Shown here piece after piece: positions 9,092 to 17,675 of a stretch of DNA of 64,000 nt. The position numbers and the translations under genes are program-made. Positions within the stretch are counted from its first letter, which is position 1. Each line of letters starts with the position of its first letter. The DNA comes from an uncultured Planctomycetales bacterium (GTDB lineage Bacteria > Omnitrophota > Gorgyraeia > Zapsychrales > Fredricksoniimonadaceae): NCBI GenBank assembly GCA_964520655.1, contig CAZFNI010000006.1:78790-142789 (forward strand), in the 5' to 3' direction. Below the pieces are notes generated by a model. The model searched no databases and was not told the DNA's origin. It saw only the letters and a list, made by a program, of their open reading frames with translations.

Positions 9092-10279
9092 ATGAAAATC
9101 ATCTCAATTGCGAATCAAAAAGGCGGGTGCGGCAAAACGACCACGGCCATCAATCTGGCCTCGGCCCTGGCATTTAACGGACAGAAGGTCCTTCTCATTG
9201 ACCTTGATCCTCAAGCGCACGCGACACTTGGATTGAACATCGACGACGCTAACAGTTTGTACAATGTCATTTCGAAATTAACGCCTAGAAAATTGCGCAT
9301 CAAGGATATTATTACCCGTGCTGACAGGACGTTCGATGTGGTGCCGTCCAATGTTCTCGTTGGCACACTTGAACAAGAGTTGGCGGAAGAGATCGGTCGC
9401 GAGCTTAAACTGGTCGACGTGATCAATGAGATCAAGGGGTTGTATGATTATGTGCTCATCGATTGCCCGCCGTCGTTAGGGTTCCTGACGGTCAATGCGA
9501 TCCGTGCCAGTAACGAGGTCATTATCCCTGTTGAGACCAGTCGTTTCTCCATGCAGGGTGTTGACCACCTGCACGACATCATTTTCCTGATCCGCGACCG
9601 TTTGAACCACCCGGTCACAAGCAGGGTGCTCATCACCATGTTCGATTCGCGTTTACGTCATTCCTTCACCATGCTGGCCAAGATGAAGGATAAGTTCGGT
9701 AAGCTGTTGTATGATACCATTGTTCATGTGAACGTGAAACTAAAGGAAGCAGCGGTCATGGGGGAAGCGGTGCTCAAGTATGATAAATATTGCCGCGGAT
9801 CCAAAGATTATCTGGGCCTCGCGCGTGAGATATTGACCGACGATAAGGTTCTATCCATGCCTGCTCGTGAGAAAACCGTCAAGGCCAAACCTGTTGCTGT
9901 TGAGGCGCGGTCTCAGGAAGAGATCGTTCAGGCTGTGGCTTCCGCCATGGAGGATGCAGCGGATTATCAGCCTTCCGAGCGCATGCAGGAAATTGTTTCC
10001 AAAGAAGCGGCGTCGTTCGCTGGTTCGGCTTTCTTTAAGCTTAATGCTCCCCAGGCGCAGTCGGTGTATGTGACGGGATCTTTCAATGACTGGTCGTTGG
10101 ATGAATCTTGCCGCATGAAGAATATCGGCGGTCTCTGGACGTTGCAACTGCCTTTGAAGCCTGGCATGTATAAGTATCAATTCATTGTCGACGGTAAATG
10201 GCAGGAAGATCCTGAGAACAAAATGATCGAACGCAACTCTTTCGGTGACGTCAATTCCCTTATTGAGGTCCAGGGTTAA
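9092..10279 (+). CDS. ParA/MinD-family P-loop ATPase fused to a C-terminal CBM48 / AMPK-beta glycogen-binding domain
   Basis: Deviant Walker A ANQKGGCGKTTTAINLA, plus DLDPQ and LIDCPPSLG motifs of ParA/Soj. After a linker, the C-terminal ~80 aa read YVTGSFNDWSLDE...WTLQLPLKPGMYKYQFIVDGKWQEDPEN, the classic AMPK1_CBM/CBM48 signature. Confidence 0.75.
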   Translation: MKIISIANQKGGCGKTTTAINLASALAFNGQKVLLIDLDPQAHATLGLNIDDANSLYNVISKLTPRKLRIKDIITRADRTFDVVPSNVLVGTLEQELAEEIGRELKLVDVINEIKGLYDYVLIDCPPSLGFLTVNAIRASNEVIIPVETSRFSMQGVDHLHDIIFLIRDRLNHPVTSRVLITMFDSRLRHSFTMLAKMKDKFGKLLYDTIVHVNVKLKEAAVMGEAVLKYDKYCRGSKDYLGLAREILTDDKVLSMPAREKTVKAKPVAVEARSQEEIVQAVASAMEDAADYQPSERMQEIVSKEAASFAGSAFFKLNAPQAQSVYVTGSFNDWSLDESCRMKNIGGLWTLQLPLKPGMYKYQFIVDGKWQEDPENKMIERNSFGDVNSLIEVQG

Positions 10280-10602
10280 TGCCGAGGCAAGCAGCGTTCT
10301 TTAAAGAAGACATCATCGATGGAAAGATGTATGCGGTATTGGCTTATCTGTCGATCCTTTGCATTATTCCGCTCATTTTAAAGAAAAAGAATCCGTTCGT
10401 CCTAGCTCACGGCAAGCAGGGACTTGTCCTTTTTATCGCCCAGGTTGGGGTGATGATATTAAGCATTGTTGTACCGTGGGTCTTCTCGGTGCTCATGTTT
10501 GGTCTGTTGATCTTTTCGTTCTGGGGCATGATCGCGGTCATCCGGGGCGAAATGGTCGACCTTCCTATCATCAGCGGCATATCCAAAAAGATCGACCTTT
10601 AA
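10279..10602 (+). CDS. DUF4870-family small membrane protein
   Basis: YAVLAYLSILCIIPLIL..KKNPFVLAHGKQGLVLFI motif and two TM helices. TAATG overlap with the upstream gene. Confidence 0.6.
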   Translation: MPRQAAFFKEDIIDGKMYAVLAYLSILCIIPLILKKKNPFVLAHGKQGLVLFIAQVGVMILSIVVPWVFSVLMFGLLIFSFWGMIAVIRGEMVDLPIISGISKKIDL

Positions 10603-10605
10603 GAT

Positions 10606-11082
10606 ATGTTCAAGAAAATCGTTGATGTGCTCAAAGAGGTTTTCTGGCTGAAGAAATCCCCCAAAAGATCCGCCCGCAAACCTGTCCGGAAAAAGATCAA
10701 AGCCCTCCCCAAAAAAACAGTCAAAGCAATTAAACCTGTTAAAAAAGCGCAGCCGTCTCCTAAAGTTAAATCCTCGATCGTCAAGCCTGTTGCTCCGGCT
10801 AAAGAAAAGAAGATCAAAACGCCCCAGATCGATCCTGCTTTAAAACCCATGGGAGAGATCACGCATTATTTTGACCGCATCAAGGTCGCTGTGCTTAAGA
10901 TCAACCAGGGGACTGTGTTGATCAATGACCGTTTGACCATTATTTCGGGCAAGACCAAATTTGTGCAGAAAGTCTGGTCCATGCAGATCGAAAGCGAGGA
11001 TGTCAAGGTGGCCAAGAAGGGGCAGATCGTTGGCATCAAGGTCGACCGTCAGGTTGTTCCCGGCGATATTGTTTATAAATAG
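10606..11082 (+). CDS. Hypothetical protein with a highly basic Lys/Pro-rich disordered N-terminal half and a C-terminal EF-Tu-domain-2-like beta-barrel
   Basis: N-terminal ~75 aa are K/P/A-rich (KKSPKRSARKPVRKKIKALPKK...). C-terminal ...GTVLINDRLTIISGK...KGQIVGIKVDRQVVPGDIVYK resembles translation-factor beta-barrel domain 2. Confidence 0.45.
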   Translation: MFKKIVDVLKEVFWLKKSPKRSARKPVRKKIKALPKKTVKAIKPVKKAQPSPKVKSSIVKPVAPAKEKKIKTPQIDPALKPMGEITHYFDRIKVAVLKINQGTVLINDRLTIISGKTKFVQKVWSMQIESEDVKVAKKGQIVGIKVDRQVVPGDIVYK

Positions 11083-11104
11083 CTTTTATGGTATATTTGA
11101 GTAT

Positions 11105-11275
11105 ATGGGAAAACGCGGCCAAAATACTGTTGAATATGTTTTGCTAGTCGTCGCTGTGATGCTGGTGATGATCCCTTTTCTGGCACCCAACGGCCCATTC
11201 CATACCAAGGTGGGTAAGGTCGGGGACTCTATTGTTAATAAGATCGACGAAGCCACTTCCAGCATCAATTTCTAA
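11105..11275 (+). CDS. Flp/Fap-type pilin-like small protein (class III prepilin-like N-terminus)
   Basis: MGKRGQNTVEYVLLVVAVMLVMIPF matches the Flp prepilin motif G/xxxxEY followed by a hydrophobic helix. 56 aa. Weak RBS. Confidence 0.4.
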   Translation: MGKRGQNTVEYVLLVVAVMLVMIPFLAPNGPFHTKVGKVGDSIVNKIDEATSSINF

Positions 11276-11277
11276 TT

Positions 11278-11673
11278 ATGCCTAAACAAACACCTTTATC
11301 AGCCAGCCGTAAGGCTTTGATCGCCCGTTATCTGACATGGGCCTATAAAAGCACAAAAGAGTCCTTTGATCGTTTGGAGAGAAAGACCACCCAGGCGATG
11401 GTGGATGAGTTCATCTGGAAGGGTTTGAATAGTTCCCATCAGGCGGATATGGCTGATCCCGCCTATAAGGCCTTGGTGGATGATTTCCGCCGTTATGTAG
11501 ATAAGAAGTCGGTGCAGCCTGTTGATCAGGCCCAATACCGTTATTTATCCAATCGTTTATTGGTCATTGAAAAAGCAGTTAAACATTTTTTGGGTGACAA
11601 GGCGCTTTCTAAAATGCGCTGTGTTTATGAAGAGGAGTTCACTCGACGGATATGGGAATCAAAGGATCATTGA
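11278..11673 (+). CDS. Hypothetical protein (131 aa)
   Basis: ORF tightly coupled to its neighbours (3 nt gap upstream, TGATG overlap downstream). No recognisable motifs. Confidence 0.45.
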   Translation: MPKQTPLSASRKALIARYLTWAYKSTKESFDRLERKTTQAMVDEFIWKGLNSSHQADMADPAYKALVDDFRRYVDKKSVQPVDQAQYRYLSNRLLVIEKAVKHFLGDKALSKMRCVYEEEFTRRIWESKDH

Positions 11674-12098
11674 TGCGCTTTGTTGCGGTCATTTTTGGGG
11701 TATTTTGGGCCTTAGGATCAATGGTTTTTGCCCGGGAGATTGAAGTTGTTATTGGTGGGAAGTCGTATTATTCCATGAAAGATTACCGGGCGGCCCAAAG
11801 AGGCCTTGTTGCGGCGAAGACTCCCCAGTCCGAGAAGATCGATCCTGTCACAGAACAGGCCGTCAATGAATTGAAGTCCGTCAGTTTGGAGCAGGGCATA
11901 AGCCGTGTGCGGACGGATTTTGACCAGAATTGGGATAATCCAACCCCGAAATTCCATGTGGAAGAGGAGAATTTAGAGAAGCAGCTGGAAGCGGTCGCAG
12001 ATAACCGCAAAGAACCGGTCTTGGTCGTTTCCGAGAACGGAAAGCTGCGTGTCATGCTCCTGGAAGAGAATAAAACAAGCACTACGCCTGAAAAATAG
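11673..12098 (+). CDS. Hypothetical secreted protein (signal peptide)
   Basis: MRFVAVIFGVFWALGSMVFA signal peptide. Translationally coupled to the upstream ORF. The alternative start at 11652 overlaps the upstream gene. Confidence 0.45.
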   Translation: MRFVAVIFGVFWALGSMVFAREIEVVIGGKSYYSMKDYRAAQRGLVAAKTPQSEKIDPVTEQAVNELKSVSLEQGISRVRTDFDQNWDNPTPKFHVEEENLEKQLEAVADNRKEPVLVVSENGKLRVMLLEENKTSTTPEK

Positions 12099-12104
12099 TT
12101 TCCC

Positions 12105-12133
12105 TTGACGCTTGACCCCCGGGCGGGTATAAT
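12105..12133 (+). promoter_or_regulatory. Sigma70-like promoter for rpsO-pnp (TTGACG-17-TATAAT)
   Basis: TTGACG at 12105-12110, a 17 nt spacer, and TATAAT at 12128-12133, about 60 nt upstream of the rpsO start. Confidence 0.6.
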
Positions 12134-12195
12134 CCTTGAACTTTTAAGTCATTAACTACAAAGGCGGCAGGGCCGTCTAACAAGGAGGAAGTACG

Positions 12196-12465
12196 TTGGC
12201 TATTGTAAAGACTAAGAAAACAGAAGTCATTAACCGTTTCAAGACCCACGCGAAAGATACTGGCTCCGCGCCTGTTCAGATCGCCGTGTTGACCGAACAG
12301 ATCAACGCGCTCAATTTGCATTTTAAGTCCCATCAGAAGGACTTCCATTCCCGTCGTGGATTGCTCGTATTGATCGGCAAACGCCGCCGTCTTTTGGATT
12401 ATCTCCAATCGATAGATCCCAAAAAATACGAAGAAACCATCAACAAGCTTGATTTACGCAAGTAA
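12196..12465 (+). CDS. rpsO: 30S ribosomal protein S15
   Basis: 89 aa. [48 protein letters not shown] is a typical S15 sequence. Confidence 0.95.
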   Translation: MAIVKTKKTEVINRFKTHAKDTGSAPVQIAVLTEQINALNLHFKSHQKDFHSRRGLLVLIGKRRRLLDYLQSIDPKKYEETINKLDLRK

Positions 12466-12495
12466 AAAGCTTTTATAAAATTTTAAGGATCTATT

Positions 12496-14601
12496 ATGTC
12501 TACGGCTCGCGTTGAGGCCACGTTCAGTGGTCACCCCATCATTATTGAATCAGGAAAATTAGCAAAACAGGCCAATGGAGCGGTTGTTGTATCCGCTGGT
12601 GGTACTGTTGTTTTGGTAACGGCGTGTATGTCCAAGAAGGCCAAAGAAGGCCAGGAATTCTTCCCGTTGACCATCGAATATCAGGAAAGAACTTATGCCG
12701 CTGGACGAATCCCTGGAGGTTTCTTCAAGCGTGAAGGCCGGCCCTCTGAGCGGGAAGTTCTGGTGTCCCGCCTGATCGATCGTCCTGTTCGTCCGTTATT
12801 CCCGGAAGGTTTCCTCAATGAAGTTCAGGTTGTGGCCACGGTGTTAAGCCATGACGGCGAAAATGACCCGGATATTCTGGCCATGATCGGCTCATCCGCG
12901 GCATTGATGGTCTCGGATATTCCATTTGACGGTCCTATCGGCGCTGTGCGTGTCGGTTTGATCGATGGTGAATTAGTCGCTAACCCCACATTTGCCCAAA
13001 GAGTTAACAGCACGATGGATCTGGTCGTGGCTGGCTGGGGCGACGGCATTGTCATGATCGAGGGGGAGGGAGATCAAGTCCCGGAAGCGAAAGTCCTGGA
13101 AGGGTTGAAATTCGCGCTGGGGGCTTTGAAAGCTTCTCAAGAGATCCAGAAAAAATTACAGCAACAGGTCGGTAAGGCCAAAGCGGTTGTCCCGGTCAAA
13201 GAACCTAATGAAGCGTTCATCAAGAAAGTACGTTCATTAGGCACTGACCGTTTAAATAAGATCTATAGCGGCATCGCCGACAAGGCTGAGCGCGAGAACG
13301 CGGTCAATGCCTTGTTCGCCGATCTGACCAAGGATTTGACGATCTACGCGGATTGCGCAAAGGCCGGCGAAGAATTCACGGCTGGCGCGGTCAATGCTGT
13401 TTTTGAGGTCATGCAGTACGAGATCATCCGCCAGAACGTGTTCCAAAAGCAGCTGCGTGCCGACGGGCGTGGTTTAAAAGAGGTCCGTGCCATCGAATGC
13501 GAGGCTGGTGTTCTCCCGCGTACCCATGGTTCGTCATTGTTCACCCGCGGTCAGACCCAGAGTTTGGGTGTTGTGACCTTAGGGACCAAGGATGATGAGC
13601 AGTTAGTCGAGACCTTGGAAGGTACTTCCTATAAGACATACATGTTGCACTATAATTTCCCTTCGTTCTCTGTTGGTGAGACAAAGCCAATGCGTTCTCC
13701 AGGTCGCCGCGAAGTCGGCCATGGGGCTTTGGCGTCGAAGGCTATCCGCTATGTTATCCCTTCTAAAGAGGATTTCCCTTATACGATCCGCGTGGTCTCT
13801 GAGATCTTGGAATCCAATGGTTCCTCGTCCATGGCTTCTGTCTGTGCCGGCTGTTTGGCGCTCATGGATGCGGGTGTTCCGCTCAAAGCGACGGTCGCTG
13901 GTATTTCCGTCGGGTTGATCTCGGATGCGACCCAAACGGTCTTGATCACTGATATCATGGGGCTGGAAGATCATTTCGGCGACATGGATTTCAAGGTGGC
14001 TGGAAGCCGTACAGGCGTCACCGCGATACAGCTGGATCTGAAGATCAAATCACTGTCCATGAGCTTGATCGAACGCACCGTCGCCCAGGCGAGGGAAGCT
14101 CGTTTGATGATCATCGACACAATGGAAAAGGCCTTACCTGCGCCGCGCAAGGAAATGTCTCCTTATGCGCCACGCATCGTCACCATCCAGATCCCGCAAG
14201 ATAAGATCGGGGAAGTGATCGGGCCGGGCGGCAAAACGATCCGTAAGATGATCGAGGAGACCGGTGTTACCTCCATCGACATCGAAGAGGACGGTAAAGT
14301 CATCATCGCGTCCCCTAATGGCGAAGCGTTGGATAAAGCCTACGGCATGATCAAGGGCATGACCCATGAACCCGAGATCGGCGGGATCTTTGATGCGACC
14401 GTCAAGCGGATCATGAATTTTGGCGTGTTCGTAGAATTCCTTCCTGGCCGCGAAGGTCTGGTGCATGTCTCGGAATTAGCCAATAAATTCGTCAAGGATG
14501 TCAATGAGGTCGTTAAATTAGGCGATAAATTCAAAGTCAAGCTTGTCGAAAAAGACGAGCAGGGCCGCTTTAATTTAAGCAAGAAACAAGCAGAGTCCTA
14601 G
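12496..14601 (+). CDS. pnp: Polyribonucleotide nucleotidyltransferase (PNPase)
   Basis: 701 aa. Two RNase PH domains, a KH domain and a C-terminal S1 domain (GIFDATVKRIMNFGVFVEF). Conserved rpsO-pnp arrangement. Confidence 0.95.
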   Translation: MSTARVEATFSGHPIIIESGKLAKQANGAVVVSAGGTVVLVTACMSKKAKEGQEFFPLTIEYQERTYAAGRIPGGFFKREGRPSEREVLVSRLIDRPVRPLFPEGFLNEVQVVATVLSHDGENDPDILAMIGSSAALMVSDIPFDGPIGAVRVGLIDGELVANPTFAQRVNSTMDLVVAGWGDGIVMIEGEGDQVPEAKVLEGLKFALGALKASQEIQKKLQQQVGKAKAVVPVKEPNEAFIKKVRSLGTDRLNKIYSGIADKAERENAVNALFADLTKDLTIYADCAKAGEEFTAGAVNAVFEVMQYEIIRQNVFQKQLRADGRGLKEVRAIECEAGVLPRTHGSSLFTRGQTQSLGVVTLGTKDDEQLVETLEGTSYKTYMLHYNFPSFSVGETKPMRSPGRREVGHGALASKAIRYVIPSKEDFPYTIRVVSEILESNGSSSMASVCAGCLALMDAGVPLKATVAGISVGLISDATQTVLITDIMGLEDHFGDMDFKVAGSRTGVTAIQLDLKIKSLSMSLIERTVAQAREARLMIIDTMEKALPAPRKEMSPYAPRIVTIQIPQDKIGEVIGPGGKTIRKMIEETGVTSIDIEEDGKVIIASPNGEALDKAYGMIKGMTHEPEIGGIFDATVKRIMNFGVFVEFLPGREGLVHVSELANKFVKDVNEVVKLGDKFKVKLVEKDEQGRFNLSKKQAES

Positions 14602-14604
14602 TTT

Positions 14605-14633
14605 AAAAAGGCGGCCTTGTGCCGCCTTTTTAT
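14605..14633 (+). terminator. Rho-independent terminator after pnp
   Basis: AAAAAGGCGGCCTTGTGCCGCCTTTTTAT hairpin with a U-tract. Confidence 0.8.
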
Positions 14634-14641
14634 CTTCCACT

Positions 14642-16876
14642 ATGAAGCTTGAACATCTCAACGAGATCAAAGGGATCGTCATCTTAGGCGCCAGCCTGTT
14701 ATTGCTTGCCAGTCTGCTGTCCTTTTCTCCTTATGATCTGTCCTGGTATACCTCCGCTCCCTTTCATCCCGCGCACAATCTGATCGGAATTGCTGGCGCT
14801 TACATCGCCGGGATATTTTATTTTGTTTTGGGCTATAGCTCATTTGCGCTGGTCGTGTTCGGCCTGTTTATCAGCTGGAACAAATTCACGTCGCGCGACA
14901 TCCAGTGTTCATTCCCTAAACTCTTAAGTTTGGTTGTTCTGTTGATGGTCGCCAGCGCCCTGCTTGCCATGGCTTTTGCCGTCGATCATCATGAACAGTT
15001 CCACGCGGCCGGCTTGGTCGGTATTATCTTCAGCGATTTCCTCCAAAAATATTTAAGTCCTGTCGGTGCATTGATCACGCTGGTGATCTTAGGAGCATTG
15101 GCCTTGGTCGTCACCGGTGAGTTTATGGTGTCGCCGTTCGTGGTGTGGCTGGTGGGATTCGTCAAGGATGGGGTGGGCAAATTGTTGGGGAATATCAAGA
15201 TCCCGATGCCGGCTCCAGCCCCAGTCAAGGCGAAAGAGCCCATCATAAAGAAGACGCCGGAGTTAAGCGAAAAAGATTTTACTGGTCTGGCCAATCCTGC
15301 TGAGAATAAGCCGAAGAAAGATGTGCCGATGCCTGTAGCCGCTGCGGTCAGCAAACCAGCCGAGCCGAATATCCATATCGTTGCCCCTAAAGAAACGCAA
15401 AAGCCCTCACCGCCAGCGCAGCCGAAGGTGGTGGGAGAATATCATCTGCCGTCGCTGGATCTGCTCAAAGATCCTCCGGTTGTCCCGGAAAGCCGTATCC
15501 AGGAATCCTTAAAGAACGGGGCCAAGATCCTGGAAGAAACGCTGGAAGATTTCGGGGTTAATATCAAGGTTGTGGACATTGAGCGCGGTCCCGTGATCAC
15601 CCGTTATGAGCTGCAGCCGGCGCCGGGCGTGAAGATCCAGAGCATTTCGTCATTAGCGGATGATATCGCTTTAGCCTTGAGCGCACCCGCGGTGCGTATC
15701 TTAGCGCCCATTCCAGGCAAGAACCGGGTGGGGATCGAAGTACCAAATGGTGCTACCGCGGCCGTGTTCCTCAAAGATGTTATTTCGCAGGAACAATACC
15801 GTTCCGCCAAATCAAAGTTGACACTTTGTGTCGGGAAAGATACTTCCGGTAAACCATTGTTCGCGGATCTGGCGGACATGCCGCATTTACTTGTCGCCGG
15901 TACGACCGGGTCGGGTAAGACGGTGTGCTTAAACAGCCTGATCATGTCGATATTATTTAATTCTTCGCCCTCTGAAGTGAAATTCATCATGGTCGACCCC
16001 AAAATGGTCGAGCTTGTGCCGTACAATGATCTGCCGCATTTGATCACGCCGGTCATCACGGATGCCAAGAAGGTCAATCCGGTGTTAAGCTGGCTGGTCG
16101 GAGAAATGGAGAACCGCTATAAGACATTGGCCAAAGAGCAGGTCAAGAACATCAAAGGTTATCATGCCAAAGGTTTGACCATGCCCTATATTGTCGTTGT
16201 CGTCGATGAGTTGGCAGACTTGATGCAGGTGTCAGCCAAGAGTGTCGAGGGGGCCATTGCCCGCCTGGCGCAGCTGGCTCGCGCGGTCGGCATCCATTTG
16301 ATCTTAGCGACCCAGCGTCCATCAGTCGATGTCATCACTGGGGTCATCAAAGCGAATTTTCCTGCACGTATTTCTTTTAAGGTCGCCTCTAAAGTGGATT
16401 CACGTACTGTGCTGGATGCCAACGGCGCGGAAAATCTGCTTGGCAAAGGGGACTTGTTGTTCATGAAGCCTGGCGACAGCAAGCCGACGCGCGGCCAGTG
16501 CTGCTATGTGTCCGATGATGAGATCAACAATGTGATCGCCTTTATCAAGACCCAGGGCAATCCCGAATATAATGATCAGGTATTAAAACCACAGGCTTCT
16601 GCTGGTGCCGGCGGGTCGGAAGAGCAGGATGAGATGTATGATGAAGCGGTGCGGGTTGTGATCGAAACAAACCAGGCGTCGGTGACTATCCTCCAGCGCC
16701 GTTTGCGTCTGGGATATTCCCGAGCGGCGAGGCTGATCGACATGATGGAACAATACGGCATCGTCGGTCCTTATGCAGGAAGCAAGGCCCGAGATATTTT
16801 AGTTGACCGGGAGAAGTGGTTGTTAGAAAATGCAGGAAGCGTACAAAACAATGACCCAGCCAACAACCCAACATAA
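14642..16876 (+). CDS. ftsK: DNA translocase FtsK/SpoIIIE
   Basis: N-terminal TM helices, a Pro/Ala-rich linker, a motor domain with Walker A GTTGSGKT, and a C-terminal gamma winged-helix domain. Confidence 0.92.
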   Translation: MKLEHLNEIKGIVILGASLLLLASLLSFSPYDLSWYTSAPFHPAHNLIGIAGAYIAGIFYFVLGYSSFALVVFGLFISWNKFTSRDIQCSFPKLLSLVVLLMVASALLAMAFAVDHHEQFHAAGLVGIIFSDFLQKYLSPVGALITLVILGALALVVTGEFMVSPFVVWLVGFVKDGVGKLLGNIKIPMPAPAPVKAKEPIIKKTPELSEKDFTGLANPAENKPKKDVPMPVAAAVSKPAEPNIHIVAPKETQKPSPPAQPKVVGEYHLPSLDLLKDPPVVPESRIQESLKNGAKILEETLEDFGVNIKVVDIERGPVITRYELQPAPGVKIQSISSLADDIALALSAPAVRILAPIPGKNRVGIEVPNGATAAVFLKDVISQEQYRSAKSKLTLCVGKDTSGKPLFADLADMPHLLVAGTTGSGKTVCLNSLIMSILFNSSPSEVKFIMVDPKMVELVPYNDLPHLITPVITDAKKVNPVLSWLVGEMENRYKTLAKEQVKNIKGYHAKGLTMPYIVVVVDELADLMQVSAKSVEGAIARLAQLARAVGIHLILATQRPSVDVITGVIKANFPARISFKVASKVDSRTVLDANGAENLLGKGDLLFMKPGDSKPTRGQCCYVSDDEINNVIAFIKTQGNPEYNDQVLKPQASAGAGGSEEQDEMYDEAVRVVIETNQASVTILQRRLRLGYSRAARLIDMMEQYGIVGPYAGSKARDILVDREKWLLENAGSVQNNDPANNPT

Positions 16877-17675
16877 TTCACTTCTTAAAGACACCCGCGA
16901 GTCCAAAGGCCTCACGCTTGAGATCGTGCATGAAGCCACCAAGATCCCGCTGGATGCGCTTAAAGCCATTGAGCAGGGGTATTCCACCCGCATCCTAACG
17001 CCGTTCTATTACAAAGGATTTATCAAGATCTACGCGGAGTTCCTGGGGCTTAATGTTGATGATGTATTAAAAGAGTACCATTTAGACAAAAAGCCTGCCC
17101 CTAAGATCGTTGCGCCGCCTGTTAAGAAACCGGCAAAAGTGAATAAACCTGTCCAGGTTATTGAAAAGTCCCAGCATGTATTGACGGGCTTAAACAACCG
17201 CAAGAACCGCGATATATTGTCCAGGGTTCTTGCCGCAGCCGCTGTTATCCTTGTTATATTCCTGTTTGTGAAATTTGTTCTCCCTCATATCAAGTTCCCT
17301 CAATTCAAGAAGGCAGCCAAAACTCAAGAGATCGTGCTTGAAAAAGAAAGCAAGGATACGGCTGATAGCAGCGAGAAGCCGGCGTTCAAGCTGATACGTG
17401 CCGAGAGCAGTAATTTAAAGGTCGGATTGTCCGTGCGCGCGGTCAAAGACAGCTGGATACAGGTCAAGGTCGACGGCAAGGTCGTTTACGCCATGACGAT
17501 CAATAAAGGTACGATGGAGAGTTGGGTCGCTTATAATCAGATCGAGCTTTCCGGACGTAATATCAATGAATTAGACATGGAAGTCAATGGTAAACATTTA
17601 GGGTCTCTAGGTTCATCCGAGCGGGGAGCCAGGAAAGCGGTCATCACCCGTGCGGGGCTGACGGTCAAGAAGTGA
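16830..17675 (+). CDS. rodZ: RodZ-like cytoskeleton protein (HTH, TM helix and C-terminal DUF4115-like domain)
   Basis: N-terminal XRE-type HTH (LTLEIVHEATKIPLDALKAIEQG), a single TM helix and a conserved C-terminal domain. The start may instead be 16851. Confidence 0.6.
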   Translation: MQEAYKTMTQPTTQHNSLLKDTRESKGLTLEIVHEATKIPLDALKAIEQGYSTRILTPFYYKGFIKIYAEFLGLNVDDVLKEYHLDKKPAPKIVAPPVKKPAKVNKPVQVIEKSQHVLTGLNNRKNRDILSRVLAAAAVILVIFLFVKFVLPHIKFPQFKKAAKTQEIVLEKESKDTADSSEKPAFKLIRAESSNLKVGLSVRAVKDSWIQVKVDGKVVYAMTINKGTMESWVAYNQIELSGRNINELDMEVNGKHLGSLGSSERGARKAVITRAGLTVKK

